64,000 nt of DNA from an uncultured Chloroflexia bacterium (GCA_963814375.1 CAWFCQ010000008.1:128001-192000), one strand, 5' to 3'. Positions 1 to 11,147 are shown, counted from the stretch's first letter. Notes: generated by a model from the letters alone, not told the origin. Made by a program: numbers and translations.

Positions 1-1814
<1,814 letters not shown>

Positions 1815-1874
1815 CCGTTCTGGAAGGCTCGGCGGGTTGGTGGGCGGGGGCGCCCATCATAGCGCCGCCGAAGC

Positions 1875-1994
1875 TCACCTCCACATCGGGAAGTCACCCC
1901 CTCCCGTGGCGGCGATGTTGACCGCGAGCACCACCGCCATGAGCAGGCCGGCCGTTGTCGGGCGGCCGATGACGAGGCGAAGCTGGTTCAGCAT
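1875..1994 (-). CDS. Small 39-aa peptide with hydrophobic core and C-terminal GGGDFPMWR
   Basis: ATG 1994 preceded by GAGGG; MLNQLRLVIGRPTTAGLLMAVVLAVNIAATGGGDFPMWR*; GC-rich third codon positions; fills an intergenic gap. Confidence 0.6.
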   Translation of the reverse strand: MLNQLRLVIGRPTTAGLLMAVVLAVNIAATGGGDFPMWR

Positions 1995-2131
1995 TGGTGC
2001 ACCCTCGTTGTGGCCGGGCACGAGCCCCGAGCTCGCGCGTGCGGCGCGGGGCCATGGGACGCTTCTCCTGCTTACCGGTGCATTACCAGCCGCTTACCGA
2101 CGGCGGCGTACTCGAGCTGCCGGATGGTCGA

Positions 2132-2968
2132 TCAGCCGCCGACCGAGATCAGCACGATGCCGACGATTGCCAGTGCTACGCCGAGCTGGCCGAGGCGCGG
2201 CAGCCGCTCGTCGAGCACGACGCGGGCGAGCACCAGCGTGACGATCGGATAGAGGCCGACGAGCGCCGCCGCCAGGCCGATGTGCATCTCCTCGCGGGCG
2301 ATGACATAGAGGGCGTTGCCGCCGACGTCGAAGAGGCCGGCGGCGACCAGGACAGCCCACGGCACGGTCGATCGATCGAAACCGCGGGCGATGACGACCG
2401 CGGCGGCGAGCGCCGCCGACATCGCGCGGCTGAAGACGAGCGCCCAGAGTGGATCGCCGGCCCGCGCGGCTAGGTCAATGAGGACGTACCAGGCCCCGAA
2501 GCCGAGCGCCGCCAGAGCTGCCAGCCCGAGCGCCTGCCGGCCGACCTCGTCTCGCGAGGCGCCACCGGCTGCGGCCGCCGCGCCCGCTGCGCATGCGACT
2601 CCGACCAGCTGCGGCGCCGTGATCGCGCTGCCGAGGAGCGCACCGGCGACCAGGGGAATGGCGAGCGATCCGGACCCGGCGAGCGATGTGACGAGGCCCA
2701 TGCTGCCGATCGACATCCCGCGGTACAGCGCGGCGAGACCCACCACGCCGGCGAGTCCCGCGGCGGCCCCGATGAAGATCGCGCCGGGGTCGGGGAATGG
2801 CGGCCGGACGACCAGCAACCCGACGAGAAGGGCGACGAGCCCGATCCCATGGGCGCCAGCGACAGCCACGAGCGCCCCAGCGCGTCGGGCGGCGAAGGCT
2901 CCGGCGAAGTCGCCCGCGCCGAAGGAGAGTGCTCCGAGCAGCCCGGCGACGACTCCGGTCAGCGGCAT
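2132..2968 (-). CDS. EamA/DMT family transporter
   Basis: About 10 hydrophobic segments; GAGDFAGA start, LYRGM, LYPIVTLVLARVVLDERL typical of EamA repeats; AGAGGAG RBS. Confidence 0.85.
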   Translation of the reverse strand: MPLTGVVAGLLGALSFGAGDFAGAFAARRAGALVAVAGAHGIGLVALLVGLLVVRPPFPDPGAIFIGAAAGLAGVVGLAALYRGMSIGSMGLVTSLAGSGSLAIPLVAGALLGSAITAPQLVGVACAAGAAAAAGGASRDEVGRQALGLAALAALGFGAWYVLIDLAARAGDPLWALVFSRAMSAALAAAVVIARGFDRSTVPWAVLVAAGLFDVGGNALYVIAREEMHIGLAAALVGLYPIVTLVLARVVLDERLPRLGQLGVALAIVGIVLISVGG

Positions 2969-3120
2969 GGGCTCCTCTCAGCGTGTCGTTCTGGTCCCGG
3001 ATCCGACTCTAGCGCGGTCCGCGGCGCTGCGACGGAGCCGGAATCCGCCCTCACGGTCGCCCGGCGACACCGATCCCGTTGCCACGACCGCGTTGTGCGG
3101 CGGATTTCGCAGTCTTGACC

Positions 3121-3150
3121 TTGACACTCCAACCTCGCCGGTCTGATAGT
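3121..3150 (+). promoter_or_regulatory. Sigma70-type promoter of the polyamine ABC operon
   Basis: TTGACA (3121-3126), 18-nt spacer, GATAGT (3145-3150) upstream of the ATPase gene. Confidence 0.5.
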
Positions 3151-3224
3151 GCGCGGAGCCCTGAGCGACCACCTCCGAGCCGCCGGATCTTGCGCTGGCG
3201 CGGGCGGTCGCCCGGCTGCACGAG

Positions 3225-4340
3225 GTGTGCGTGGCGGTCGAATCCAGTCAGGCGAACGCGGCGGAGACACGGGGCGAGCGGCCGGCGGCCGTGCGGCTCG
3301 AGGGCATCGTCAAGCGCTTCGGTGAGGTGACGGCGGTCGCCGGGATCGATCTCGAGATCGCCGATGGCGAGTTCTTCAGCATGCTCGGGCCATCGGGGTC
3401 GGGCAAGACCTCCACGCTGAGGATGATTGCCGGCTTCGAGCTGCCGACCGAGGGGACGATCTGGCTTCACGGCCACGACGTCACGGGTGTGCCCCCCTTC
3501 GATCGGGACGTCAACACCGTCTTCCAGGATTACGCGCTCTTCCCGCACATGACGGTCGATGACAATGTCGCCTACGGCCTCGTCGTGCGTGGCGTCCGCG
3601 GCGCTGAACGGCGCGCGCGGGTGACCGAGGCGCTCCGCATGGTGCGACTCGAGGGCTACGAGGCGCGGCGCCCGGCGCAGCTGTCAGGCGGCCAGCGCCA
3701 GCGCGTCGCATTGGCCAGAGCGCTCGTCAACCGGCCGCGGGTTCTGCTCCTCGATGAACCGCTCGGCGCCCTCGACCTGAAGCTGCGCGAGGAGATGCAG
3801 ATCGAGCTCAAGGCAATCCAGGCACAGGTCGGCATCACGTTCATCTATGTCACGCACGACCAGGAGGAGGCGCTCACGATGAGCAACCGCCTGGCCGTCT
3901 TCAACCAGGGCAGCATCGAGCAGGTCGGAACCCCGGCCGACGTGTACGAGCATCCGGCGACGACATTCGTCTCCGGGTTCGTGGGGACGTCGAACCTGCT
4001 CACCGGCGACGCGGCTCACGCCGTCATCGGAGCGGACGGCACCTTCACGATTCGCCCGGAGAAGCTCCGCCTGGCCGATCCGGCCGAGACGCCCGCCGAC
4101 GACGAGGGCTCGGCGCTCGGCACGATCCGCGAGATCGTCTATCTCGGGCCAGACACGCGATACATCGTGGCGCTGGAGACAGGCAGTGAGCTTGTCGTGA
4201 CCCAGCAGAACCTGCAGACATCGTCGATGGAGGCGCTCTCCGCGCAAGGCCGAGCCGTGCGGCTCGTCTGGAAGCGTCGCCACGTATTGAGCCTTGCGCG
4301 AAGCGAATCATCGGGGGCATCGGAGGAAGAACCTGCATGA
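3225..4340 (+). CDS. potA: Polyamine ABC transporter ATP-binding protein (PotA/YdcT-like)
   Basis: Walker A GPSGSGKT, VNTVFQDYALFPH, LSGGQRQR, LLLDEPLGALD, C-terminal TOBE-like region. The start may be a few codons downstream. Confidence 0.88.
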   Translation: MCVAVESSQANAAETRGERPAAVRLEGIVKRFGEVTAVAGIDLEIADGEFFSMLGPSGSGKTSTLRMIAGFELPTEGTIWLHGHDVTGVPPFDRDVNTVFQDYALFPHMTVDDNVAYGLVVRGVRGAERRARVTEALRMVRLEGYEARRPAQLSGGQRQRVALARALVNRPRVLLLDEPLGALDLKLREEMQIELKAIQAQVGITFIYVTHDQEEALTMSNRLAVFNQGSIEQVGTPADVYEHPATTFVSGFVGTSNLLTGDAAHAVIGADGTFTIRPEKLRLADPAETPADDEGSALGTIREIVYLGPDTRYIVALETGSELVVTQQNLQTSSMEALSAQGRAVRLVWKRRHVLSLARSESSGASEEEPA

Positions 4341-5497
4341 GACACCTGCGCATACCCGTCCTCTTCGTGGTCCTCGGCCTGCTGGTCGCGGCCTGCGGCA
4401 CGGGGGACGAGCCATCCGCCAGCGCGATCACCGAGATCGGCGAGGGAGAGGGCGAGCTCAACCTGGTCATCTGGGCCGGCTACGCCGAGAGCGGCGAAGC
4501 CGATGCGGCCTACGACTGGGTCACGCCGTTCGAGGAGGAGACAGGCTGTATCGTCAACACCCAGGACATGAGTGACTCGAACAACGGCGTGTCTCTCATC
4601 GAGTCGGGCCAGTACGACGGCATCTCGGCGTCCGGTGACGCCACGACCCGGCTGATCGCCAGCGGGCTGGCGGCGCCGGTCAACACGGACATCTTCGAGA
4701 ATTACGATGCCGTCTTCGATGGGCTCAAGGACCTGCCGCACAACACCGTCGACGGTGTGAACTATGGCGTGCCACACGGGCGAGGCGCGAATGTGCTCGC
4801 GTGGAACACGGAAGAGGTCACGGAAGCGCCGTCGAGCTGGGATGTCATCTGGGAGCAGGGCTCCGACCATGCGGGTGACATCAGCATCTACGACTCGTCG
4901 ATCTTCATCGCCGATGCCGCGCTGCACCTGATGACCACGCAGCCCGATCTCGGGATCGAGAACCCGTACCAGCTCAACCAGGAGCAGTTCGACGCGGCGA
5001 TCGCGCTGCTCGAGGAGCTCGACGCCAACGATCCGCTCTACTGGGGTGCGGCCGCCGACCAGATCGGCTCGTTCGAGTCGGGTGACGTCGTGGTCGGGAC
5101 GACGTGGCAGTACCAGGTGAATGTCGCCGAGGCACCGCTTGAGGCGACCCTGCCTGATGAAGGATCAACCGGCTGGTCGGACACGTGGATGATGTACTCG
5201 GAGGCCGAGCATCCGAACTGCATGCTCATGTGGATGGACCACATGATGGCGCCGGAGGTGTCGGCCATGGCCACGGTCTGGTTCGGTGAGGCGCCCACCA
5301 GCGAGGCGGCGTGCGAGGCCGCAGAGGAGCTCTCGCCCGGTCACTGCGAGACGTTCCACGCAACCGACGAGGATTACTTCGACCGCGTCTGGTTCTGGAG
5401 CACCCCGCAGGAGGACTGCGCCGATGACGACGACGCGACCGAGTGCGTGACCCAGGAAGCATGGGTGGACGCCTGGACCACGCTCCGCGGGGGCTGA
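4337..5497 (+). CDS. Polyamine ABC transporter substrate-binding lipoprotein (PotD/YdcS-like)
   Basis: Lipobox VAAC; WAGYAE, SASGDA, GVPHGRGAN, GWSDTWM motifs typical of YdcS/PotD-like binding proteins. Confidence 0.85.
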   Translation: MRHLRIPVLFVVLGLLVAACGTGDEPSASAITEIGEGEGELNLVIWAGYAESGEADAAYDWVTPFEEETGCIVNTQDMSDSNNGVSLIESGQYDGISASGDATTRLIASGLAAPVNTDIFENYDAVFDGLKDLPHNTVDGVNYGVPHGRGANVLAWNTEEVTEAPSSWDVIWEQGSDHAGDISIYDSSIFIADAALHLMTTQPDLGIENPYQLNQEQFDAAIALLEELDANDPLYWGAAADQIGSFESGDVVVGTTWQYQVNVAEAPLEATLPDEGSTGWSDTWMMYSEAEHPNCMLMWMDHMMAPEVSAMATVWFGEAPTSEAACEAAEELSPGHCETFHATDEDYFDRVWFWSTPQEDCADDDDATECVTQEAWVDAWTTLRGG

Positions 5498-5521
5498 TTC
5501 ACGCCTCGACCTGCTGAGCCC

Positions 5522-5555
5522 GATGCTCCCCGGGGATTCGTCCTCGGGGAGCATC
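5522..5555 (+). terminator. Strong stem-loop between the SBP and permease genes (attenuator or mRNA stabiliser)
   Basis: GATGCTCCCCGGGGAT-TC-GTCCTCGGGGAGCATC inverted repeat with a weak U-tail. Confidence 0.6.
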
Positions 5556-5589
5556 CTTCGGCCCTGACTCATGAGCCACCGCTGAGCCG

Positions 5590-6501
5590 ATGACGACTCC
5601 AGAAACTGCGACGTCCGCGGACCCTGGCGCGCCACGGCGCATGCGGCGGCTTGCTGGCTGGCTCCACGCACGGCCGAGGACCCAGCGCCGGCTGCTCCTC
5701 GCCGCCCCGATGGCGTGGATGGCCATCGCCTACCTCGGCTCTCTCTTCGTCCTGCTGCTCAATGCCTTCTGGGACACGAACAGCTTCACGGGCCAGGTCG
5801 AGCCCTTCAACTGGAGCCTCGATGCGTTCGAGACCATCGTCTCGAATCCCGTGTACCAGACGATCGCGGTCCGGACGATCGCGATCGCCGCCGCCGTGAC
5901 CGTCACCGACGCCCTCCTCGCCTTCCCGATCGCCTACTACCTGGCGCGCGTGGCGTCGCCGCGCGTGCGCGGCGCGCTGCTGGTGGCGATCCTCATGCCG
6001 CTGTGGGCGGCGTACCTGGTCAAGGTCTACGCGTGGCGCACGATCCTCCAGGAGAACGGGTTCCTGGAGTGGGCGCTGTCGCCGTTCGGGGTCGACGCGC
6101 CCGGCCTGGGACAGATCCTCAACGCATGGCTCGTGCTCAGCTATCTCTGGCTGCCGTACATGATCCTGCCGATCTACGCCGGGCTCGAGCGAATCCCCAA
6201 CTCGCTGCTCGAGGCCTCCGCCGATCTCGGCGGGCGCGGGTTCGTCACGTTCCGGCGCGTGATCCTGCCGCTCGTCTTCCCGGCCCTGGTGGCGGGGTCG
6301 ATATTCACCTTCTCGTTGACCCTCGGCGACTACATCACGCCGGACCTCGTCGCCGATGCCAAGTTCATCGGGAACGTCATCTATGACAACTCGAGCCTCG
6401 GCAACCTCCCGTTGGCCGCGGCGTACTCGCTCATCCCGATCGCGATCATGGTCGTCTATCTCCTCATCGCCCGGCGTCTCGGCGCCTTCGACTCGCTGTG
6501 A
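5590..6501 (+). CDS. potB: Polyamine ABC transporter permease (PotB-like)
   Basis: TM segments; PLWAAYLVKVYAW, LPYMILPIY, EASADLG (EAA loop), LGDYITP. Confidence 0.85.
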   Translation: MTTPETATSADPGAPRRMRRLAGWLHARPRTQRRLLLAAPMAWMAIAYLGSLFVLLLNAFWDTNSFTGQVEPFNWSLDAFETIVSNPVYQTIAVRTIAIAAAVTVTDALLAFPIAYYLARVASPRVRGALLVAILMPLWAAYLVKVYAWRTILQENGFLEWALSPFGVDAPGLGQILNAWLVLSYLWLPYMILPIYAGLERIPNSLLEASADLGGRGFVTFRRVILPLVFPALVAGSIFTFSLTLGDYITPDLVADAKFIGNVIYDNSSLGNLPLAAAYSLIPIAIMVVYLLIARRLGAFDSL

Positions 6502-6514
6502 GGGGTGTGCACCG

Positions 6515-7318
6515 ATGACCGAGTCACGCCTGGTGCGCATCGGCCTTCGGGTGGTGTCTGCGCTCGTCCTCGCCTTCCTCTATCTCCCCCTCATCATCCT
6601 CGCCATCTACGCCTTCAACGAGGGACGGTCGCAGGCGTGGCCGCCGAGCGGGCTCGGGCTCGATTGGTTCGCCGATGCAGCGGGCAATCCGGCGATCAGA
6701 GAGGCCCTGCTGAACTCCCTCATCGCGGCGTCCGGGGCGACCCTGATCGCCCTCGTGCTTGGCACGCTTGCCGCGCTCGCCGTCCAGCGCTTCACCTTCT
6801 TCGGCCGCGAGACGATCTCGTTCCTCTTCGTGCTGCCGATTGCGCTCCCGGGCGTGGTGACCGGCATAGCGCTGCGCACGACGTTCCAGACCGCCGGCGT
6901 CGACTTCGGGCTGATGACGATCATCGTCGGGCACGCCACGTTCTGCGTGGTCATCGCCTACAACAACGTGATCGCCCGCCTACGGCGCGTACCGAAGAGC
7001 CCCGAAGAGGCGTCGGCCGACCTCGGCGCCGACACGTGGACGACCTTCCGACGGGTCACCCTGCCCGCGATGCGGACGGCGCTGCTCTCCGGAGCCCTGC
7101 TGGCGTTCGCGCTGTCGTTCGACGAGATCATCGTCACGAACTTCACCGCCGGCCCGGGCACGCAGACGATTCCGATGTGGATCTACTCGGCCATCCAGCG
7201 GCCGAACGAGCTGCCGGTCGTCAACGTGGTGGCGTTCGTCCTGATCCTGGTCTCGATCATCCCGGTCTACCTCGCGCAGCGCATCAGCGGCGAGGCGGGA
7301 GGTGGCGGCCGGTACTGA
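6515..7318 (+). CDS. potC: Polyamine ABC transporter permease (PotC-like)
   Basis: Start MTESRL at ATG 6515; FLYLPL, IVGHATF, EEASADLGA, FALSFDE. Confidence 0.85.
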   Translation: MTESRLVRIGLRVVSALVLAFLYLPLIILAIYAFNEGRSQAWPPSGLGLDWFADAAGNPAIREALLNSLIAASGATLIALVLGTLAALAVQRFTFFGRETISFLFVLPIALPGVVTGIALRTTFQTAGVDFGLMTIIVGHATFCVVIAYNNVIARLRRVPKSPEEASADLGADTWTTFRRVTLPAMRTALLSGALLAFALSFDEIIVTNFTAGPGTQTIPMWIYSAIQRPNELPVVNVVAFVLILVSIIPVYLAQRISGEAGGGGRY

Positions 7319-7410
7319 CCGATTCGTCCGGTGCAGACGGGATCGATCGGTCGTACCCTAGGCGCCAGCCGGCCACCCGAGCGCCGGGTTTTAGGGGAGA
7401 GCCACCCGCC

Positions 7411-9153
7411 GTGTCCATCTCGAGCACCTCGGCAAGCCTGCCTGTCTGGCGCGTCGCGGTCATCGGCATCGTCGGCCTCCTGGCCGTCGGCATCGGTGTC
7501 GCGGCGGGAGCGTTCCTCCTCAACACCCGTGCCGCGGCCCTCGGCGCCGGAGCGGCCTACGTGCCGGCCAGCGCCCCGCTCTACTTCGAGGTGCGCATCG
7601 AGCCATCGAGCGACGAGGATGTCGCGCTGCGCGAGCTGCTCGGCAGATTCCCGCCGATCGAGGGCATCGACCTCGCGCAGCCGCTCTACAGCCAGCTGGT
7701 CGAGAGTCTCGACGAGATGCTCCTCGAGGAGGGCGCCGAGCTCAGCTGGTCCGAGGACATCGAGCCGTGGTTCGATGGCACTGTCGCCGCAGCCGTGCTC
7801 GAGATTCCCACCGAAGCGCTCGGCGCGCAGACCGATCCGATGGAGGCGGCGATGGAGCCTCCCATGGTCGTCCTGATTGGCGTGACCGACCGCGCCGCCG
7901 CCGAGGCCGCGATCGCGGACCTCTTCGCCCAATCTCCAGACGGCCCGACGGAGTTCACCGAGCAGGTGCACGACGGCGTCACGATCCGGTCCGACGTCGA
8001 GGAGCAAGGCGCCTACGCGGTCACCGACGATCAGCTGATCGTCGCTCCCGGGCCCGATGACATCATCGCCGCGCTCGACGCTCACGGCAGCGGCGAGGCG
8101 GCGCTTTCCGGGGCCGAGTCGTTCGCTGAGATGGCTGCAGCGCTGCCCGACGATTGGCTCGCCTTCAGCTTCTACGACTTTACCGATCTGATGGCCGCAG
8201 CGCTCGCGCAGGCCGGCGCCGAGTCGCCCGCGATGGCGGACGCGCTGGCCCCGTTGCTCGAGAGCCAGCCGCTTCGCGGCGCGGTGGCGGTCACCGCTGC
8301 CGGCGATCGGATCGCGGTCGACGCGACGACCGACGCGCCGACGGGGCCGTTCGCGGCCACCAACACGGATCGTGGCCTGGCCGACGAGGTGCCGGGCGAC
8401 GTCCTGTACTACGCAGAGGGCGGCAGCATCGGCACCTCGCTCGGCGCGCTCATCGGCCCCATCAAGGACGCTGCCGCCGAGACGCCGGAGGGAGCCGAGG
8501 GGGTCGCCATGATCGAGGCGGCGCTCGGCGCTGATCTGGAGGAGGTCGTCGCCTGGATCGGCGACGGCGCCATGGCCGTTGGCTGGGACGGGAGCGAGCC
8601 GTACGGCGGCCTGGTCCTCGTGCCGACCGACATCGACGCGGCGGAGCGGCGGCTCGACCAGCTTGCCACCTTCGCGGGGCTCGGCTCGCTCGATCCGTCG
8701 AGCGGGATCAGCGTCGCCGAGCGCGAGGTCGGATCGGTGACCGTCACGGCCATCAGCTTCGAGGCTCCCGCCGAGATGATCGACCCGACGCTACCGGTCC
8801 CGGAGACGGTCACCGTCGAATACGCAGTCACCTCTGACCGTGTCATCGTCGGCGTCGGCGAGACGTTCGTGGATCGGGTCCTGGGACTCGATGCCGGCGA
8901 CTCGCTCGCCTCGAACGATCGCTTCACCGGTGCGGTGGACGACCTCGGCGGTCCGAACAACGCCGGTGTGGCGTGGGTCGACCTGACGGGCGTGCGCGAG
9001 GCAGTCGAGTCCGCGCTCCCGATGACGGGGGCCGACGCCGACAAGTACACGACCGAGATTCAGCCCTGGCTGCTGCCACTCGATCGGCTCGTGGCCGTGA
9101 CGCGGCTCGAGGGCGACCAGCTCGTCCAGCGCTCGGCACTGCTGGTCGAGTGA
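7411..9153 (+). CDS. Membrane-anchored acidic protein, DUF3352-like
   Basis: GTG 7411 after GGGGAG; N-terminal TM, then AAYVPASAPLY, DIEPWFDG, WIGDG motifs reminiscent of DUF3352. The upstream part of the 882-aa track ORF is spurious. Confidence 0.65.
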   Translation: MSISSTSASLPVWRVAVIGIVGLLAVGIGVAAGAFLLNTRAAALGAGAAYVPASAPLYFEVRIEPSSDEDVALRELLGRFPPIEGIDLAQPLYSQLVESLDEMLLEEGAELSWSEDIEPWFDGTVAAAVLEIPTEALGAQTDPMEAAMEPPMVVLIGVTDRAAAEAAIADLFAQSPDGPTEFTEQVHDGVTIRSDVEEQGAYAVTDDQLIVAPGPDDIIAALDAHGSGEAALSGAESFAEMAAALPDDWLAFSFYDFTDLMAAALAQAGAESPAMADALAPLLESQPLRGAVAVTAAGDRIAVDATTDAPTGPFAATNTDRGLADEVPGDVLYYAEGGSIGTSLGALIGPIKDAAAETPEGAEGVAMIEAALGADLEEVVAWIGDGAMAVGWDGSEPYGGLVLVPTDIDAAERRLDQLATFAGLGSLDPSSGISVAEREVGSVTVTAISFEAPAEMIDPTLPVPETVTVEYAVTSDRVIVGVGETFVDRVLGLDAGDSLASNDRFTGAVDDLGGPNNAGVAWVDLTGVREAVESALPMTGADADKYTTEIQPWLLPLDRLVAVTRLEGDQLVQRSALLVE

Positions 9154-9476
9154 CCCCACGGGACCTGCCGCCGCCGCTGCGGCCGCTGGATCCCGCGAGT
9201 GGCTCCGGAGTCGGCCCTGCGCGCGACCTGATTCGCGACCACGGCCTCGAGCCGATGGTCTGGAGCAACGGCCCCGGATATCGCTACACGTCCCACATGC
9301 ACGCCACCACGAAGCTGCTGGTGTGCGCCGACGGCTCGATCACCTTCCTCGTGGGCGATGATTCGGTCCCCGTCGAGCTGCGGGCCGGTCAGGGGTTCGA
9401 GCTGCCGCCCGGCACCTGGCACGCTGCGGCGGTCGGCCCGGAGGGCTGCACCTGCGTCGAGGGGCATCGGCCCTAG
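9150..9476 (+). CDS. Cupin domain protein
   Basis: GTG overlaps the upstream TGA; WSNGPGYRYTSHMH...GSITF...LPPGTWHAA...CVEG cupin motifs. Confidence 0.75.
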   Translation: MTPRDLPPPLRPLDPASGSGVGPARDLIRDHGLEPMVWSNGPGYRYTSHMHATTKLLVCADGSITFLVGDDSVPVELRAGQGFELPPGTWHAAAVGPEGCTCVEGHRP

Positions 9477-9769
9477 CGCTTGGCTATCCGGTCCGCCGCC
9501 TTGCGGGCCTCGACCTCGAACGGGTTGTCGCGGTACCAGCTCCCGCCACTACGGCGCGCGCCGAGCGATGCGGCGAGGTAGGTGATGGGGAAGACCACCC
9601 CGTGCCGAGCCCACTGGCGGACATGCTCCAGCTCGTGCTCGAGCTCGGTCTCATCGAGCGTGCGCCAGGCGATGATCGTGCGTCCGAGCGTGATCGCCAG
9701 CCAGTTGTCGAGCACCACTCGTCCCGGGCGGCGCATCCAGGGCAGGACCAGCACGCGATGCGGGGTCAA
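9473..9769 (-). CDS. Small HExxH putative metallopeptidase-like protein
   Basis: AITLGRTI...EHELEHVRQW...YRDNPFEVEAR; TTG start overlaps the stop of the upstream GT2 fusion gene. Confidence 0.65.
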   Translation of the reverse strand: MTPHRVLVLPWMRRPGRVVLDNWLAITLGRTIIAWRTLDETELEHELEHVRQWARHGVVFPITYLAASLGARRSGGSWYRDNPFEVEARKAADRIAKR

Positions 9770-10692
9770 CGTTGCGGGTCGGGGTGGAGAAGGAGATCGC
9801 GCCGGTCTCCCCAGCGGTCGCGGAAGCGGTAGAAGTTGCGCTTGCTCAGCCGATCGCGCTCTGTCTCGGGCAGGCTCGTCCAGCCGCGGTGCTCATGGCG
9901 CTCGAGTGGCAGGGCCACGGTCCGGATGGCGCGCCAGCCCGCGTCGCGAACGGCGAAGCTGAAGTCGAGGTCCGCGTTGCGATACCAACGGAAACGCCGG
10001 TCGAAGCCGCGGACGGCGCGGAGCGCGTCGCGCCGCACCGCGAGGCAGTAGCCCTCGATGGCATCGACCTCTCCGGGCGGCGCCTCGGAGAACTCGCGGG
10101 CGTCGCCGCTCGTTACGCCCCAGCCACCGGCGACGCCGACGTCCGGATCGGCGAGGGCTGCCAGCAGCGGCGAGACGAAGTCGCCGACCGGCTCGAGCGA
10201 AGTGTCGAGGAGCACGGTCGCCTCGCCCCCGGAGCTGCGCATCCCGAGCGTCCGGCTGTCGGCCCAGCCGAGCCGGCCCTCGGTGGCAAGCATCACTGGC
10301 TCGACGGGAAGCTCGACAGCGGCCACGAGGCCCGCGACCTCGAAATCGGGCGCGTTGACCACCAGGACCAGCTCCCAGGCCACCGGCGGCGGATGCGCCG
10401 CCAGCCCGCGCAGGCAGCGCTCGAGATCGTCGGGATGGTCCTCCGCCACCACCTGGATCGATGCCTGCACCGTGGCGTCAGCATCGAGCCGCTCCGCCCC
10501 GTCCGCGGCCGTCTGCGGGCGAGTCAGCGCGGGTCGAGCGGTCGAGCCATCGAGGCTGTCGACGACCTCCCAGCCGAGTTCGGCCAGCTCGTCGCGGATC
10601 GCATCGGCGCGATGCCAGTCCCGGTCCGAGCGCGCCGCCGAGCGCTCGTCGAGCAGGCGTCGGACATCGTCGGGAAGGGTCGGGGAGGGCAT
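9766..10692 (-). CDS. CysRS C-terminal (anticodon-binding-like) domain fused to a family 2 glycosyltransferase
   Basis: N-terminus LLDERSAARSDRDWHRADAIRDELAELGWEVVD matches the CysS C-terminal pattern; then GT2 features LERCL, ELVLVVN, VLLDTS, GYCLAVRR, GFDRRF, DLDFSF. Confidence 0.75.
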   Translation of the reverse strand: MPSPTLPDDVRRLLDERSAARSDRDWHRADAIRDELAELGWEVVDSLDGSTARPALTRPQTAADGAERLDADATVQASIQVVAEDHPDDLERCLRGLAAHPPPVAWELVLVVNAPDFEVAGLVAAVELPVEPVMLATEGRLGWADSRTLGMRSSGGEATVLLDTSLEPVGDFVSPLLAALADPDVGVAGGWGVTSGDAREFSEAPPGEVDAIEGYCLAVRRDALRAVRGFDRRFRWYRNADLDFSFAVRDAGWRAIRTVALPLERHEHRGWTSLPETERDRLSKRNFYRFRDRWGDRRDLLLHPDPQR

Positions 10693-10842
10693 GAAACGGA
10701 AGTACTCCTGCCCCTGGCCCGAATGTACCGGGCGGCGAGAGGGCACCGCAACCTTACTATCCGGCCACGAGCCGCACCTTTCCGCACCTGCCCGTGCGGA
10801 CGGCACGTGCGAAGTGCCCGAACACGAGGTCGAACGCAACCG

Positions 10843-11028
10843 ATGATGACGAACGAAGTCGGGAAGCTGCTGACGGCGGCCGAGGTCGCCGAGATGCTGC
10901 ACCTGCACGTCAACACCGTCAAGCGTCTCGGAGACCGCGGCGAGCTTCCCTTCTTCCGGGTCTGCAAGCGTGGTGACCGTCGCTTCCGGTACGACGACGT
11001 GCTCGACTTCCTGCACCGCGCCAAGTAG
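10843..11028 (+). CDS. Small HTH_17 (excisionase/BldC-like) DNA-binding protein
   Basis: MMTNEVGKLLTAAEVAEMLHLHVNTVKRLGDRGELPFFRVCKRGDRRFRYDDV; GAGGT upstream. Confidence 0.8.
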   Translation: MMTNEVGKLLTAAEVAEMLHLHVNTVKRLGDRGELPFFRVCKRGDRRFRYDDVLDFLHRAK

Positions 11029-11147
11029 CCCACCCCAATTGAATGCCCCCGGCCGATTGCCGGGTGCGGGCCCTGCCAGGGGCCGCCGCGACGACCGCCG
11101 AGGTGCCATTTCTCGGCGGTCGTCTGTTTCTCGCATAATCGCGCGGC

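Noticed and set aside
2969-3224. Possible riboswitch between the DMT gene and potA
   Set aside because: Only generic GC-rich hairpins, with no recognisable riboswitch consensus by eye; a plain promoter explains the region.
6505-7410. N-terminal extension of the 882-aa ORF 6505-9153
   Set aside because: It overlaps the PotC-like permease in another frame and is Arg-rich nonsense; the real start is near GTG 7411.
10843-11028. Excisionase as a sign of a prophage or integrative element
   Set aside because: No integrase, att-like tRNA end, phage genes or compositional shift nearby; better read as a host regulator.
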